64,000 nucleotides of DNA, taken from NCBI GenBank assembly GCA_000091205.1, contig AP006501.2. The stretch is one strand, 5' to 3'. The position numbers and the translations under genes are program-made. Of this stretch, positions 11,601 to 19,873 are shown piece by piece (the first letter of the stretch is position 1; the number at the start of each line of letters is the position of its first letter). The notes under the pieces are model-generated. The model worked only from the letters and a program-made list of their open reading frames with translations. It was not told where the DNA came from and searched no databases. The stretch is from Cyanidioschyzon merolae (Eukaryota).

Positions 11601-12336
11601 GTGGCGACTGGGCGCCAGACCTGATCGGGTCTGGCTCTTTTCGTGGCGCGTTCAGTACGACCGGTATCTGGGAATTTTGTCTAGAGTCATTGGTTTTGCG
11701 CTCGTGTAGTGCAGTGAGACGACGGCGTCGGCGCGCGCGAGCGTCCAGCATCATGCTCTTTCGCGATGCCGCGGGCGGCCGCACAAGGCCTACGAGCGAA
11801 TGCCGCGGGTCCCAGGTCTTCCATCCCTGGCCGGGTGGCCTCGTGCCCGGTGCGACTGACTCGCACATGCTTGAGATGCTGTGGCTTTCAGCACGACGGA
11901 AGAGCGAGCCGTGTGAGCTGGTGTCTCGACAATCGTCGGACGGAGCAGCAATTGAGGGTGTTTCGCGACTTGGACCTCGACAGCCATCGGATGATTCACT
12001 TGCTGGCAAATGATATGACGCCGCTACCTTGAAGCGTTGCGGTTCTGCTGGCGATGCAGCGGCACTGGCGACGTTGTTCGTGTCGGGCATTGTGGTGTTC
12101 CCCAGCGAGTCAATGGCGTGATCAAGCGCGCTTCTTGCCGCCGCCGCCGCCGCCTCGTGACTGCTAGTCGGAATCTCTGGCAACCTTGTCGCACACGCGC
12201 GAATCGTCCGTTGGAACCGAACGATTTGTGCTTCATATTCGCCCAGTAGAACAGCCTGCTGTTGCTCTGCAATGTAGTGGAGCGCATGAATGGCGTCCAA
12301 AACTGTCCGCTTTCGAAAAGCGTCGCGCGTAGACAT
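5635..12336 (-). CDS. Very large (2233 aa) low-complexity protein with an internal PHD finger and a C-terminal coiled-coil plus INCENP IN-box (Aurora-B-binding); an INCENP-like chromosomal passenger protein
   Basis: PHD C4HC3 spacing is seen in CRRCKGMEDPHLMLLCDRCDDCFHTYCCRPPLDQVPQKDWFCEKC. A charged single-helix region (RQRREEKRRRILEHQRRLALETERQQARLAPLRQQQ) lies just upstream of the IN-box. The C-terminus LIPEWARSHRLYGALIEQTRVDPDTIFPRVHTCDLVDIFGGGTNRPRYRRRTSSGDW matches the IN-box pattern IP.WA...L..A...Q...D.D..F....L...F......RY..RTSS..W. Poly-Ala and poly-Gln tracts come from the (GCA)n run at 5974-6009. Confidence 0.65.
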   Translation of the reverse strand: MSTRDAFRKRTVLDAIHALHYIAEQQQAVLLGEYEAQIVRFQRTIRACATRLPEIPTSSHEAAAAAARSALDHAIDSLGNTTMPDTNNVASAAASPAEPQRFKVAASYHLPASESSDGCRGPSRETPSIAAPSDDCRDTSSHGSLFRRAESHSISSMCESVAPGTRPPGQGWKTWDPRHSLVGLVRPPAASRKSMMLDARARRRRRLTALHERKTNDSRQNSQIPVVLNAPRKEPDPIRSGAQSPLPSSSSLERAAAAESDQFAFHDENNDQQLMQDERPNIPSERYAGTREQQRTPAPPESPLGSPASNAGQRQTNQRRGIRERAQRQDRRSHRSPSIQAAERAAPAETDALSIACGRSTRETAGRTSQATKRSRVQRKRAPPQHASEQEAQPVSPKRDAVLNAAAPALHGARASPVQRVGSARFSRPSSTCAADGAEADSGASAVPLRPKKRRDSGLARVAPSSETHANDLATRAPRATARRHQQSTADRARALALELLSPFSRAKAENRTPHKDETYCRRCKGMEDPHLMLLCDRCDDCFHTYCCRPPLDQVPQKDWFCEKCAPSAPNLSAAVDQPNTSRMTPMTNISLGQSTPEQTRRAPRAPMPRRRQRQAPPSRSRSGADKAARESSVIKRLAPASPERMPTRTRRRRRRPQDALQNTSLPPVSRGMASPRTASSKRAERQQSMHGARRATSRAPDTISPDQGRGANNRRSASLPEKSARLCNRSRPSLPVAISESLNGALPGLQTRVQIRDAHNVSFTSPCIIRTRNGAADAPHASAGIHQKQAATEQEPVPIEPSTAGEIHSNWTSAQADDSASAAGSASKALPSPRYDVHHPASTSAAHSESHPERRPSTSQARIDLAAAAAAAALVKQDPAEAASDPVHGSGTSSACPAAALAASPAALSDPQGENFAPAESTSVDPSGAAAADALRLPGPSTTPTTPRVESARLAVHGSSFVSQKAAAVSETPPSDMHHRQWTPPRGDIPSSGAAVEACSPCPKHLPTRSLVLGDVSPPSPRQPHDNGIADEDTAMRTEAASIPLATDPSSAFRCESMPAPAAEQPAAAQSPSPSAADSPLNPLSWCIQGQLPAALRFSPQHAPSENDVDGMAPDVGERCPGVRSSLEQVTGTVASSCEIPAESRAASGGGAAPRSSLQNVTENIADRARWQRMSIRASPAPTPKTGVSPSMSSRRRAASLQETRFAANVPSDSIRKHRSGSGTMSPSQMMSRASVTIDANSRTHCTVTNPGQDVATETIRGVQASLQAPAGNEWHTPGSLATRPAFDNASGHSPRMNAAEAGDEALPRTPAACSQTKERSLRTPASHLSSPVHRTAPNRRSSAMLSQSPPMRRSLVDPERNSAQLEYNEPQKVAAPEAIRTMMALTNGAQRAGSVTCSDFAAECHPSDHAESFSTENATETVRARRRSSVHRGAVAPITPLPLPTFARAQHALSASGNATTEASAVDAQASAAMRQLGTSSALPENSAYTMEGVTASQAQMKGTRERSASLSPGRHTMHPGRGSASPAPAHRPVAAFAMAPIDSVASPEQVYRARCASPTASGPGSFVNATDIEGQIFQLEQTLECDPKLATVPSDDNGALAENADAIRAGSCGQDAANGRVGNPDCAADAAQQPAVASDSSSVAMPSCAAPVELAPSAAAAAAAASLVPDSGQATTANAKLARPSRPRSPLSAAGASDQQARRSRSRSPSDATNAIDGSFHALERSQTATEMLLSVRRAPAASTSVAYDGYDAHALRLADPKRAPAAVDETIMPPAHASGTPMPHHTLYAAAAPGGERQPGPGGAPGGVSSRLSRTEALRTRIERLRAMRAGALPVCPSPSRIEAVGAAGDRSSTVQHEMCEDRHRTGRSTSRAAPSPPLEQDVSGYGLPGNAAVATASATISAGAVSTRQTHSPARMQVEPLQNATELQATGTNSVLKPSPNKAWATLGHARSSPSRYRIVIATMPQSSKRVRGASPSPETLKSRMDQRASPNCVPASLKQPTAVDTTSLTPVSATPSRTAVKPLVDLNGNPSPRQAPVDAEAPLDVQDAYRQRREEKRRRILEHQRRLALETERQQARLAPLRQQQVVASGLLKSHGTKPASQIAAAAAAAAAAAAADEAPAEYPLTPERHHSADASDDESAAVPAAKRHLIPEWARSHRLYGALIEQTRVDPDTIFPRVHTCDLVDIFGGGTNRPRYRRRTSSGDWVRDRLTWREEAAYRKALGFDP

Positions 12337-13102
12337 TGGCGCTCACAACTCGAAAGCCCACTAGCGTCCTCTTGTACCGCGTAAAAGGTATGTTTCTCCT
12401 GGTCGAAAGCCGGTTGCTTGGACAAGTTCGAAGCACGTCACTCCGAGGCGGCGCCACGGTACTGCTGCCAAGTCCCGATAGCACAGCGAGGTCGAGCGGT
12501 GCTGAAACGACACGCAGCGGCGACGTGCAAACGCGCGGCCTTACACAACTGTCTTGTTCGCTCCCGTGCCCTGATGACTCGGCACACAAAGCTGCCTCTG
12601 ATGTCTGCTGCCCGTTCACGTTACGCTCGTGCTCGGCGAGCAGCGCGATCCCAGGTCGCAGCGTCGAACAGTCCCGGAGCGCAGCGATACGCCCACACGT
12701 GGCGTTGGAAGCGCCGGCTCTCCTGGAGTTTAGCAGGCGGTAAAACAGGGCGATAACGCCCCGGATCAAAGAAGGGCTCTGTCTGGTGCAGATAAACTCG
12801 ACAGGCCCGTTCAGTGGGGGGAGAAGAGCTCGACGCACGCGCTCGATGCCGTCCGAGCGCGGAACGTGGCTCGCCTTCTCGGTGCAGGGACACACTGGGT
12901 GCCGCAGCCGGCAGCGCGAGGCGGCCGTCTCCCACGATGATGCGATCGCGTCGGGAATTCAAATCGACGGATGCGAGGTTCAGGAGAGGGTCTGGTTTAT
13001 TCATTTATGTTCGCTTATGTCTAGTATGCTCCCAGTGATGCGAGGCAGCCGTGGTGGTACGCGTTCAGCGTGGCTGCGTGATCCACGGAGCGCGGGCCGA
13101 TA

Positions 13103-13672
13103 TTTCTGATGACGAAACGATAACCATTGACCATGGATCCCAGAATTCGGGATGGATGGATGTATAATGGCTCTTGAAAAAGTGTCCATGATGAACCACC
13201 TACCTTCAAGTTCCAATAGCTATACTTCCTCTCGGATTTACTGGTCGTTTCGTATGTTCTATCGAGCGCCGAGTGCCTGCTGTGGGCACCCGCCGAAGCG
13301 CTTCCACCGCTGCAGCAGATGCTGCACGGCGACAGAACAGCTTTGCCATACCACTGAGAGCGTCGGCTCGAGACGTGGTTCATTCGATACGGGGCCGGAG
13401 TACATAGTAATTCTGGGAGCCTGCGACAGCGCGAACCGATCTACCAGGAGTCCACTGCGACCAGTGCGATGCCCAGATGCAGCTTTCCTGCGTCTAGTCC
13501 CAGAATGAACTGCTTTGCGAACGAGCTGCGCGGGTCTCTCCACAGCACCTGCCACTGGAGGGAGCATGAAGCACTCGTCTTGCAGACTCGTCCGGCTCGC
13601 GGACCTTCCGCTTAGGAGATTCACGTTCGGCAATGTAGAAAGCTTTCCATTCTTATAACGTTTATCGTAGCG
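13103..13672 (+). repeat. Copy X1 of a roughly 0.6-kb dispersed non-coding repeat family (the other copies are X2, X3 and X4)
   Basis: It aligns by eye with 39612-40206, 52028-52634 (reverse) and 57862-58190 at about 75-85% identity. The 5' end begins ttt(c/t)(c/t)gat(g/a)ac...ccatggatcccag, and the 3' end is ...agctttccattcttataacgtttatcgtagcg. Spurious ORFs that share SRIYWSFRMF..PSACC (13152..13508 and 52378..52662) are what revealed the family. Confidence 0.7.
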
Positions 13673-14732
13673 CGACCCGATGTCGTTGGTGGTACTGGCG
13701 CTGCCAAGCCCCGGAGTCCCGACTGCTGCCCCGGTATTTTCGGGACGACGGGGATCGATATTCAAGGAGCATCTGCAGTGTGATCATGATTTTGAACAGC
13801 GAGCCTGGCAAGGCCGCTTTCGAAGTGCCCCCAGCCGCTGCACCGTGGCACGGCTCGCGAATCGGCCGCTCCAGACGTTGCCTCTGGAGGTTGCGTTGAA
13901 TAAAAAACCGCAGTTCCTGTCCAATATCCTGAGAAAATCAGGATTATCACGAATCGCATGTATGGTTGCGTACAGAGGCGCTTGACGCAGTGTTCGGCGA
14001 CTGCTCCTGCGTCGTCGTGGACCTAAGAAGCGACGTTCGCAGCGCCTACCGCCGCGACTAGTATGGATACGCATCCGGCAGAGCGATGAATCCCTCGTAT
14101 ACGGGTAATCGCCAGCCAGCGGCCGGGATCCAATCATTACGATGCTTTTGCAGTCGACTCCTGTGGGCGCTCCCAGGGTTCGCATGCACTGTGTATCGTG
14201 CACATGCCCCGGTGCTGATGAGCGCTGGAGATGCCAGCAACTGGCAGCGTCCATGCATGCAAGGCATTCTGATCAGATTCAAGTATTTTTGGAAGATGTG
14301 CGGTTGCGGAATCGAACGGGGGATCTGCAGGTGCGCGATCTTTATCGGCATCGAGGGAGGCATCTATCATGCAGCAGTAGCGCAGAGTTTCATGGATCAC
14401 CACCTAGGCTTCCACTCGAAAAACATAGTCCATTCATACAAGCTTGTAGGTGCCGAGCCGACGATGAGTGCGTATAAAGACGCCAGTAGCACCGTTCAGG
14501 ACACTGCACGGAAGCGGAAGGGTTTTGGCGTTCCCGCGCTGGTGCGTCATCTCAAAGAGATGCGCGGATCCTATGTTGTAAACGTGACTGTGCAAGTATC
14601 GCAGCAGTTTAGGCCAGCAAACGGAACGACACGCGCGACTTTCGAGCATTTACACCCATACCAGATAAGAATGGTATGGGTAGATTCAATTCACAAGGGC
14701 ATCTACGCTAGAGTCCGGTCTCCAAGCATTGT

Positions 14733-16031
14733 CATGAACACCAGGCTGTGCGGGATTTTTCTCCAACTGACTCTTTTTCCTCTTTCTCGTATCCGGCATG
14801 AAACACGCTGGTCACGGTTTCGCTCCAGCGCCGTTGTAGGCATGCAAACGATGTTGATGGCAGCGTGCAAGTCCCGATTTCGCCGATGCCGGCTCTCGTT
14901 CAAGCATTTCATTCGCACTCAACAATACCGCAAGCAACAGATCCTCTTTGTGTACCGTGTAGACGCGCAGCTCGCACCGGTGTCACTCGACTGTGGTCAG
15001 GTGTTCCTGGAGGTCCGTCGCAGCGCCTCATGCTTCGAGCGCTGCACACGCGCCGGACCAGTGCAGAGGCCTCGCTTCGATGCCGTCCTCCGGTTCCGCG
15101 CCCGGTGCCGTACCCTGCGATCATGGGCTTCTTCTGGGTAAGACCTTCGGCGAGGACTCTGTCTGATGCATGCGCACGGGCACGCTGATCCCGTCGATAA
15201 CGTTTGCGTCGGACGCGATGTTGCTCATGATGAAACAAGCACTGAAATGGAAATCGACGCTCGAGGATACGTCGACGACTTTTGCGCTGTCTACGCCGCC
15301 TCCATGTTGGGCGCTGACGCATGCTCCTTTGTGAGCGATCGCTGCGATGACTCGATTCCGATCCCAAGGCTCTCGCCGATGCAACCAGAAGCGTCGAGCG
15401 TTTCTGTGGGCGCATCCCGTGACAACTGTGATGCTGCTGTCGGAGGCCTTTTCGATGAAGGCCACAAAGAAAGAGGCACTTGCGTATCGAACGGAATCGA
15501 TGTGTTGAGGAGGCGAGCTCCGCGAACGCTCGGCAACAGCTCGTCATACAGTCGCTTACGGACGACGGCAGTTCTTTTGTGTCGTCGTCACCATCATCGT
15601 CGTCGTCGTCGTCGTCGTCATACCAGCAGCGCAAATCGCAGTGTCCATGAGTTGCTTTGAGGTACGCGCACCGCATTGCTGCAGAAAGCGTGATTTGACC
15701 AGAGCAACCGTTAGGAAACGAAAAGAGTGAACGCGTGTGCGAATACATTGGATCCTGGTATCGATTGCTTTACGGTGCCCTGCTCGAAGGTGCCGTATGT
15801 TGTTTTCATGACGATGACGGAAGGAATTTCAGCACCAAGGATTCGGAAAAGCACACCCCGAGAAGACGCCCCAGAGTCTTAAACCTGCGTCTGTATCCGT
15901 GAGCCCGTATGGCTGCGCTGCGAATATCGAGGATTGTGATGTAAAAAAGTTCGATGAAAACATCAAGGCAGGAGCAGAGCGCGCACTTCAGTGTTCCCTA
16001 CAACCCTTATACGAGTGCAGGCCTGCGTTAC
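14733..16031 (+). repeat. Copy A2 of the 1.3-kb direct repeat; it carries (GTC)7
   Basis: See A1. The coordinate offset to A1 is 13664 at the start and 13671 at the end. Confidence 0.8.
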
Positions 16032-16585
16032 AAAGCACCCTTGCATCACGCAACGGAAAGGATATGGAGTATCCACTAGTTAAAGGCTCTTTTAGCGATC
16101 TTGAGAAGAATGTTTTCACTGATGTAAAAGCTCGGTTACGGTAAGGCATTTTCTATCAATTTGACGAGCTATTGGAATATCTGCAGCTGAAAAGGGAAAC
16201 ACGCTGAAATCCGGCATGCAAGACCGCGTTTCCAAAATCGTTAGCTATGATACAGGATGAGAAATCCTCACAATCAATGATGACAACTACCCTCTGCACT
16301 CATCGACATACCAAGGGACTGTCACGAATTGAGTGAGCCTATGGGAGTCGCGGACAGGCCTGCTCGGCCTGGTCCGGGTCATATTCACGTGCTTTCAGAA
16401 ATATGTTACGAGCTGGTGCCAACACGTATCCAGGCAAAGCTCCAAGCGCATGAGCAATATCTCACGAAAGCGCGGGGCACCTGGATGTCGGTAAGGTCGC
16501 GCCCTGCACGCCCCGGTCATGCACTGACGATTTTGCCGTTCACGGGCGTTCTCGCATGCAGACCAAGTCAACAAAACAGGAGCAC

Positions 16586-17536
16586 TTAGCTATGATCAGT
16601 CGGTACGATGCCCTCTACCGATACAGGTTTTCCGTCGCAGGTGGCGGCTTCGGCGGTCCGCTCTCGCTCACAGGACGCAAGCTCGCTCTTGCGTACGAAA
16701 CGGCCCTTGTAACGCGGTCGAGCCTCTGCTAGCTCTTTGCGGCAAACGTAGCGAACAGTTTTCCAACATTTCCGTTGCCGTTTCTTCTCACGATACCGGA
16801 TGTACGCTCGGTAACGATGTTCTCGAGCAGTCCATGGGCCGCCCACACGACTACTGCTGTCCACTCTGGGTACCAAGGACCGAGCCTGCTCGCTGCCGTC
16901 CGCAACGTCTCCGCTGCCGTGACATGGTCGACCGTTCTCAGCCGAAAAACATGAGATCGATGCAGCCGTGTAACTTCGACGTGACTCGCCGTCCGAGGCA
17001 CCTGAATCTAAAGGCGCCGAACTGAACGAACGGTCCCCTTCAACGACGCCGGCTACAGCGGAGCTCACGAGCTCGTCAAGCAACGGCGAAGTTGGCGCTA
17101 GCCAAGGCACTTGCTCGAGACTGAGCGGCGAGAAGCCCCTGCGGTCCATTCCACTTCCTTCAGGTTGCGCGTCGTCGGCACGTACCTGCGAGCGCGGAGA
17201 TCCCTCGACGCTGACGAGGCTCGCGTAGCTACCGGCTGTCGGACGCGCAGCTGCGCGTTCCAGTGCATGACTCTGAGAAGTTAGTCCTTGTGAGGGTTTC
17301 TGGTTGGCTCCGGGTCCACTGGACTCATGCAACACAGGCCCAGCGGTGCCCTGGTTGTCTCCGGGCAAAAAAAGCGACTCCAGGTCCGCCCAGTCAAAGT
17401 TTCCGGTGTCAACACGTGGTGTGAGGAAGTCGTCGAACCCCGTAGGCGTTATCCACATGTTACCCCAGTGATCGTGCTTGCGTTCGGTACCAGGAAGCAG
17501 CACTTGCGTTCTCCCGTAGTGAGCAGGGCGTTGCAC
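16586..17536 (-). CDS. CCT-motif (CONSTANS/CO-like/TOC1-type) domain protein, 316 aa; the N-terminal boundary is uncertain
   Basis: The C-terminal REHRYRAYIRYREKKRQRKCWKTVRYVCRKELAEARPRYKGRFVRK matches the CCT consensus R....RY.EK...R.F.K.IRY..RK..A..RPR.KGRF.K. No B-box or receiver domain is seen in the upstream part. Confidence 0.6.
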   Translation of the reverse strand: MQRPAHYGRTQVLLPGTERKHDHWGNMWITPTGFDDFLTPRVDTGNFDWADLESLFLPGDNQGTAGPVLHESSGPGANQKPSQGLTSQSHALERAAARPTAGSYASLVSVEGSPRSQVRADDAQPEGSGMDRRGFSPLSLEQVPWLAPTSPLLDELVSSAVAGVVEGDRSFSSAPLDSGASDGESRRSYTAASISCFSAENGRPCHGSGDVADGSEQARSLVPRVDSSSRVGGPWTAREHRYRAYIRYREKKRQRKCWKTVRYVCRKELAEARPRYKGRFVRKSELASCERERTAEAATCDGKPVSVEGIVPTDHS

Positions 17537-19002
17537 AGTGTACCAGCGCCTGCCGCTACGTCAGAGGCCTCCAGACGCGTTGACCCCTGGGCCGCGTGCT
17601 GCTGCGCAGCAGGTTGCGCAGGGGCGTGTGTCGCGATGTCACGGAAGCGATCCGAGGAGTCACATTCGCGTTGAATCTGGCTGTTGAGCGACGTTGTACA
17701 TAAGGGACACAGCGTCGTCCGCACGCAAGCAGGCGTATCGAGCGCAGCGGAATTAATTTTACGCCCCGATGGGCGTTCAGTGCCAGCTCTTTGAAGAACA
17801 CGGTATGAAACTGAACTTTTTTGTCCTGATCCTGGTGACAGTCCTCTGGTACACGATTCATCTGAAAAACGGTATCATCATGCACATTCTTGGTCGTGAT
17901 CCTGGGCGCAGTCGCCCGGTCTACGATCCTATTTGATACAGTGCTGCCAGCAGCGGTCTTTGGTCTGCCATCCGACTCGTCGAAACGCACGCCGGGCCGA
18001 CGTATCAAGATCGTCCGGTGATATCGCTGCTGGTGCAGTCATGGTGCATGCATCCGCGCGTACTGGTCGGCATAGGAGGTTCGGTCGCTGCGTCTCTGAC
18101 GTTTACGGACGAATATAGGTCAAGTGGTGATTCGAAGAATCTTCTGGCGGAAAACACGTGCCTTCAACGGGACGTCTCTCGATGTGGGTTACCTTTGTGC
18201 GAAGCTATTCGTATGGATGCTGTTCTTCGCCAATCCTTGTGCAAGGAATCTGCGCTTATCGTGCAACGATGCAAGGACGGTTCGCGACCTGTATGTGCGG
18301 ATTTCGTCCACAGACGCTTGCACGCTGAACCACATCAATGGAAACTGCGGTTGCGACAAATGTGCACCAACTGAGCCGCGTGGTGCTCATGGTCAGGCCC
18401 CTGGAACCCTGGACGATCAAGATGATCCTATTTGGTGACAGGTTGATATCCAGCGCATCTCTTTGCGCGAGAATGACTTGGTGGCACTTGCATGAGGCAC
18501 GCTAAACGTAATCGTTCGCGGGAATCCAGTCAGTTGGACGTGCTGAATTTCGAAGCAGGACACTATGCAAAACGAAGCAAGTTCAGGTGTTCGGTTGTAG
18601 ATCAGGACGACACACGAAACATGGGTGCTGCATCGCACACGTATCTACTCTGTGGCAGCCTTGGACAAGAGTCGCCATTGGTTTAGCGTGATTGCTAGAG
18701 AGCGCTTGGATTACCAGGATGCCGTAGCCGGCATTCGTTGCTCCATCGAAGGTACACGGCTGGATTTCGCCAAGGCATTTTGCGGAGGCTGCGCTCCCGG
18801 CTCTTGACCCGCGAGCAGCGAAATGAAACAGCGAAACCGGTGATAATGGCCTGTTTGAGACCTGTGTAACAGACGCTGCTGGGAGCAACGCGGCAAGGCG
18901 GCCTCCTGCAAAATTCAAGCACCGATTCTGGTTGTGCGTCGAAGAGCTGACGAAGAAGTTTCTATGTATTCTTTGCGCACATGAAGCATACGGCATCCAC
19001 AG

Positions 19003-19645
19003 GGAAGGAGACCAAGGCTCAGATACACGAAAAGCATCGCATAGTGTACCCATAATGCATACCGTTTAGAAAATAGAGGAGATCAAGGCTCAGGTGCACG
19101 AAAAGCATCGCATAGTGTACCCATAAAGCATACCGTATAGAAAATAGAGGAGATCAAGGCTCAGGTGCACGAAAAGCATTGCATAGTGTACCCATAAAGC
19201 ATACCGTATAGAAAATAGAGGAGACCAAGGCTCAGGTGCACGAAAAGCATTGCATAGTGTACCCATAAAGCATACCGTATAGAAAATAGAGGAGATCAAG
19301 GCTCAGGTGCACGAAAAGCATTGCATAGTGTACTCATAAAGCATACCGTTTAGAAAATAGAGGAGATCAAGGCTCAGGTGCACGAAAAGCATCGCATAGT
19401 GTACCCATAAAGCATACCGTATAGAAAATAGAGGAGACCAAGGCTCAGGTGCACGAAAAGCATCGCATAGTGTACCCATAAAGCATACCGTATAGAAAAT
19501 AGAGGAGATCAAGGCTCAGGTGCACGAAAAGCATCGCATAGTGTACCCATAAAGCATACCGTATAGAAAATAGAGGAGATCAAGGCTCAGGTGCACGAAA
19601 AGCATCGCATAGTGTACCCATAAAGCATACCGTTTAGAAAATAGA
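19003..19645. repeat. Tandem array of about 9 copies of a 71-bp unit (gatcaaggctcaggtgcacgaaaagcatcgcatagtgtacccataaagcataccgtatagaaaatagagga), located upstream of the ABC1 kinase gene
   Basis: The period of 71 is read directly from the sequence (gatcaaggc at 19081, 19152 and so on). Copies differ by single substitutions. ORFs 19090..19299 and 19303..19512 are periodic artefacts of this array. Confidence 0.85.
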
Positions 19646-19873
19646 GCATAGAGGCGATCGCGCTGCCTCCCGAATGGCAGCGTTACGCCCGGCGATGAGC
19701 CTCATGTTCTTATGAGTGCTGATCCAGGATTGCCGAGGAACCTCCTCCTGAGCCAACACCGGCGTTTGCACTACTTGCCCTTGTACGTCTGAAAACGGAT
19801 GGGCTGCTGAATTGCACATGAAGGTAGCATTTCTCAAAATCTGTAGGATAGCTAGGACGTTTGTGGCTGTTTT

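Noticed and set aside
12024-12895. ORFs 12024..12425 and 12233..12895 upstream of or overlapping the INCENP-like start, as an N-terminal extension or a separate gene
   Set aside because: They are in a different frame from, or antisense to, the 5635..12336 ORF, and they have Arg-rich low-complexity composition.
1069-16031. LTR retrotransposon interpretation of the 1.3-kb direct repeats
   Set aside because: The 12.4-kb internal region contains host genes (UGPase and INCENP-like) and has no gag, pol or RT motifs, no PBS/PPT could be identified, and the repeats lack obvious TG..CA termini.
19090-19512. ORFs 19090..19299 and 19303..19512, and likewise 23357..23924, which have near-identical translations
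   Set aside because: They are periodic artefacts of the 71-bp and 188-bp tandem arrays and are not paralogous genes.
19003-19645. A CRISPR-like reading of the regular 71-bp array
   Set aside because: The context is eukaryotic. The units are contiguous identical repeats with no interspersed unique spacers, and there are no cas genes.
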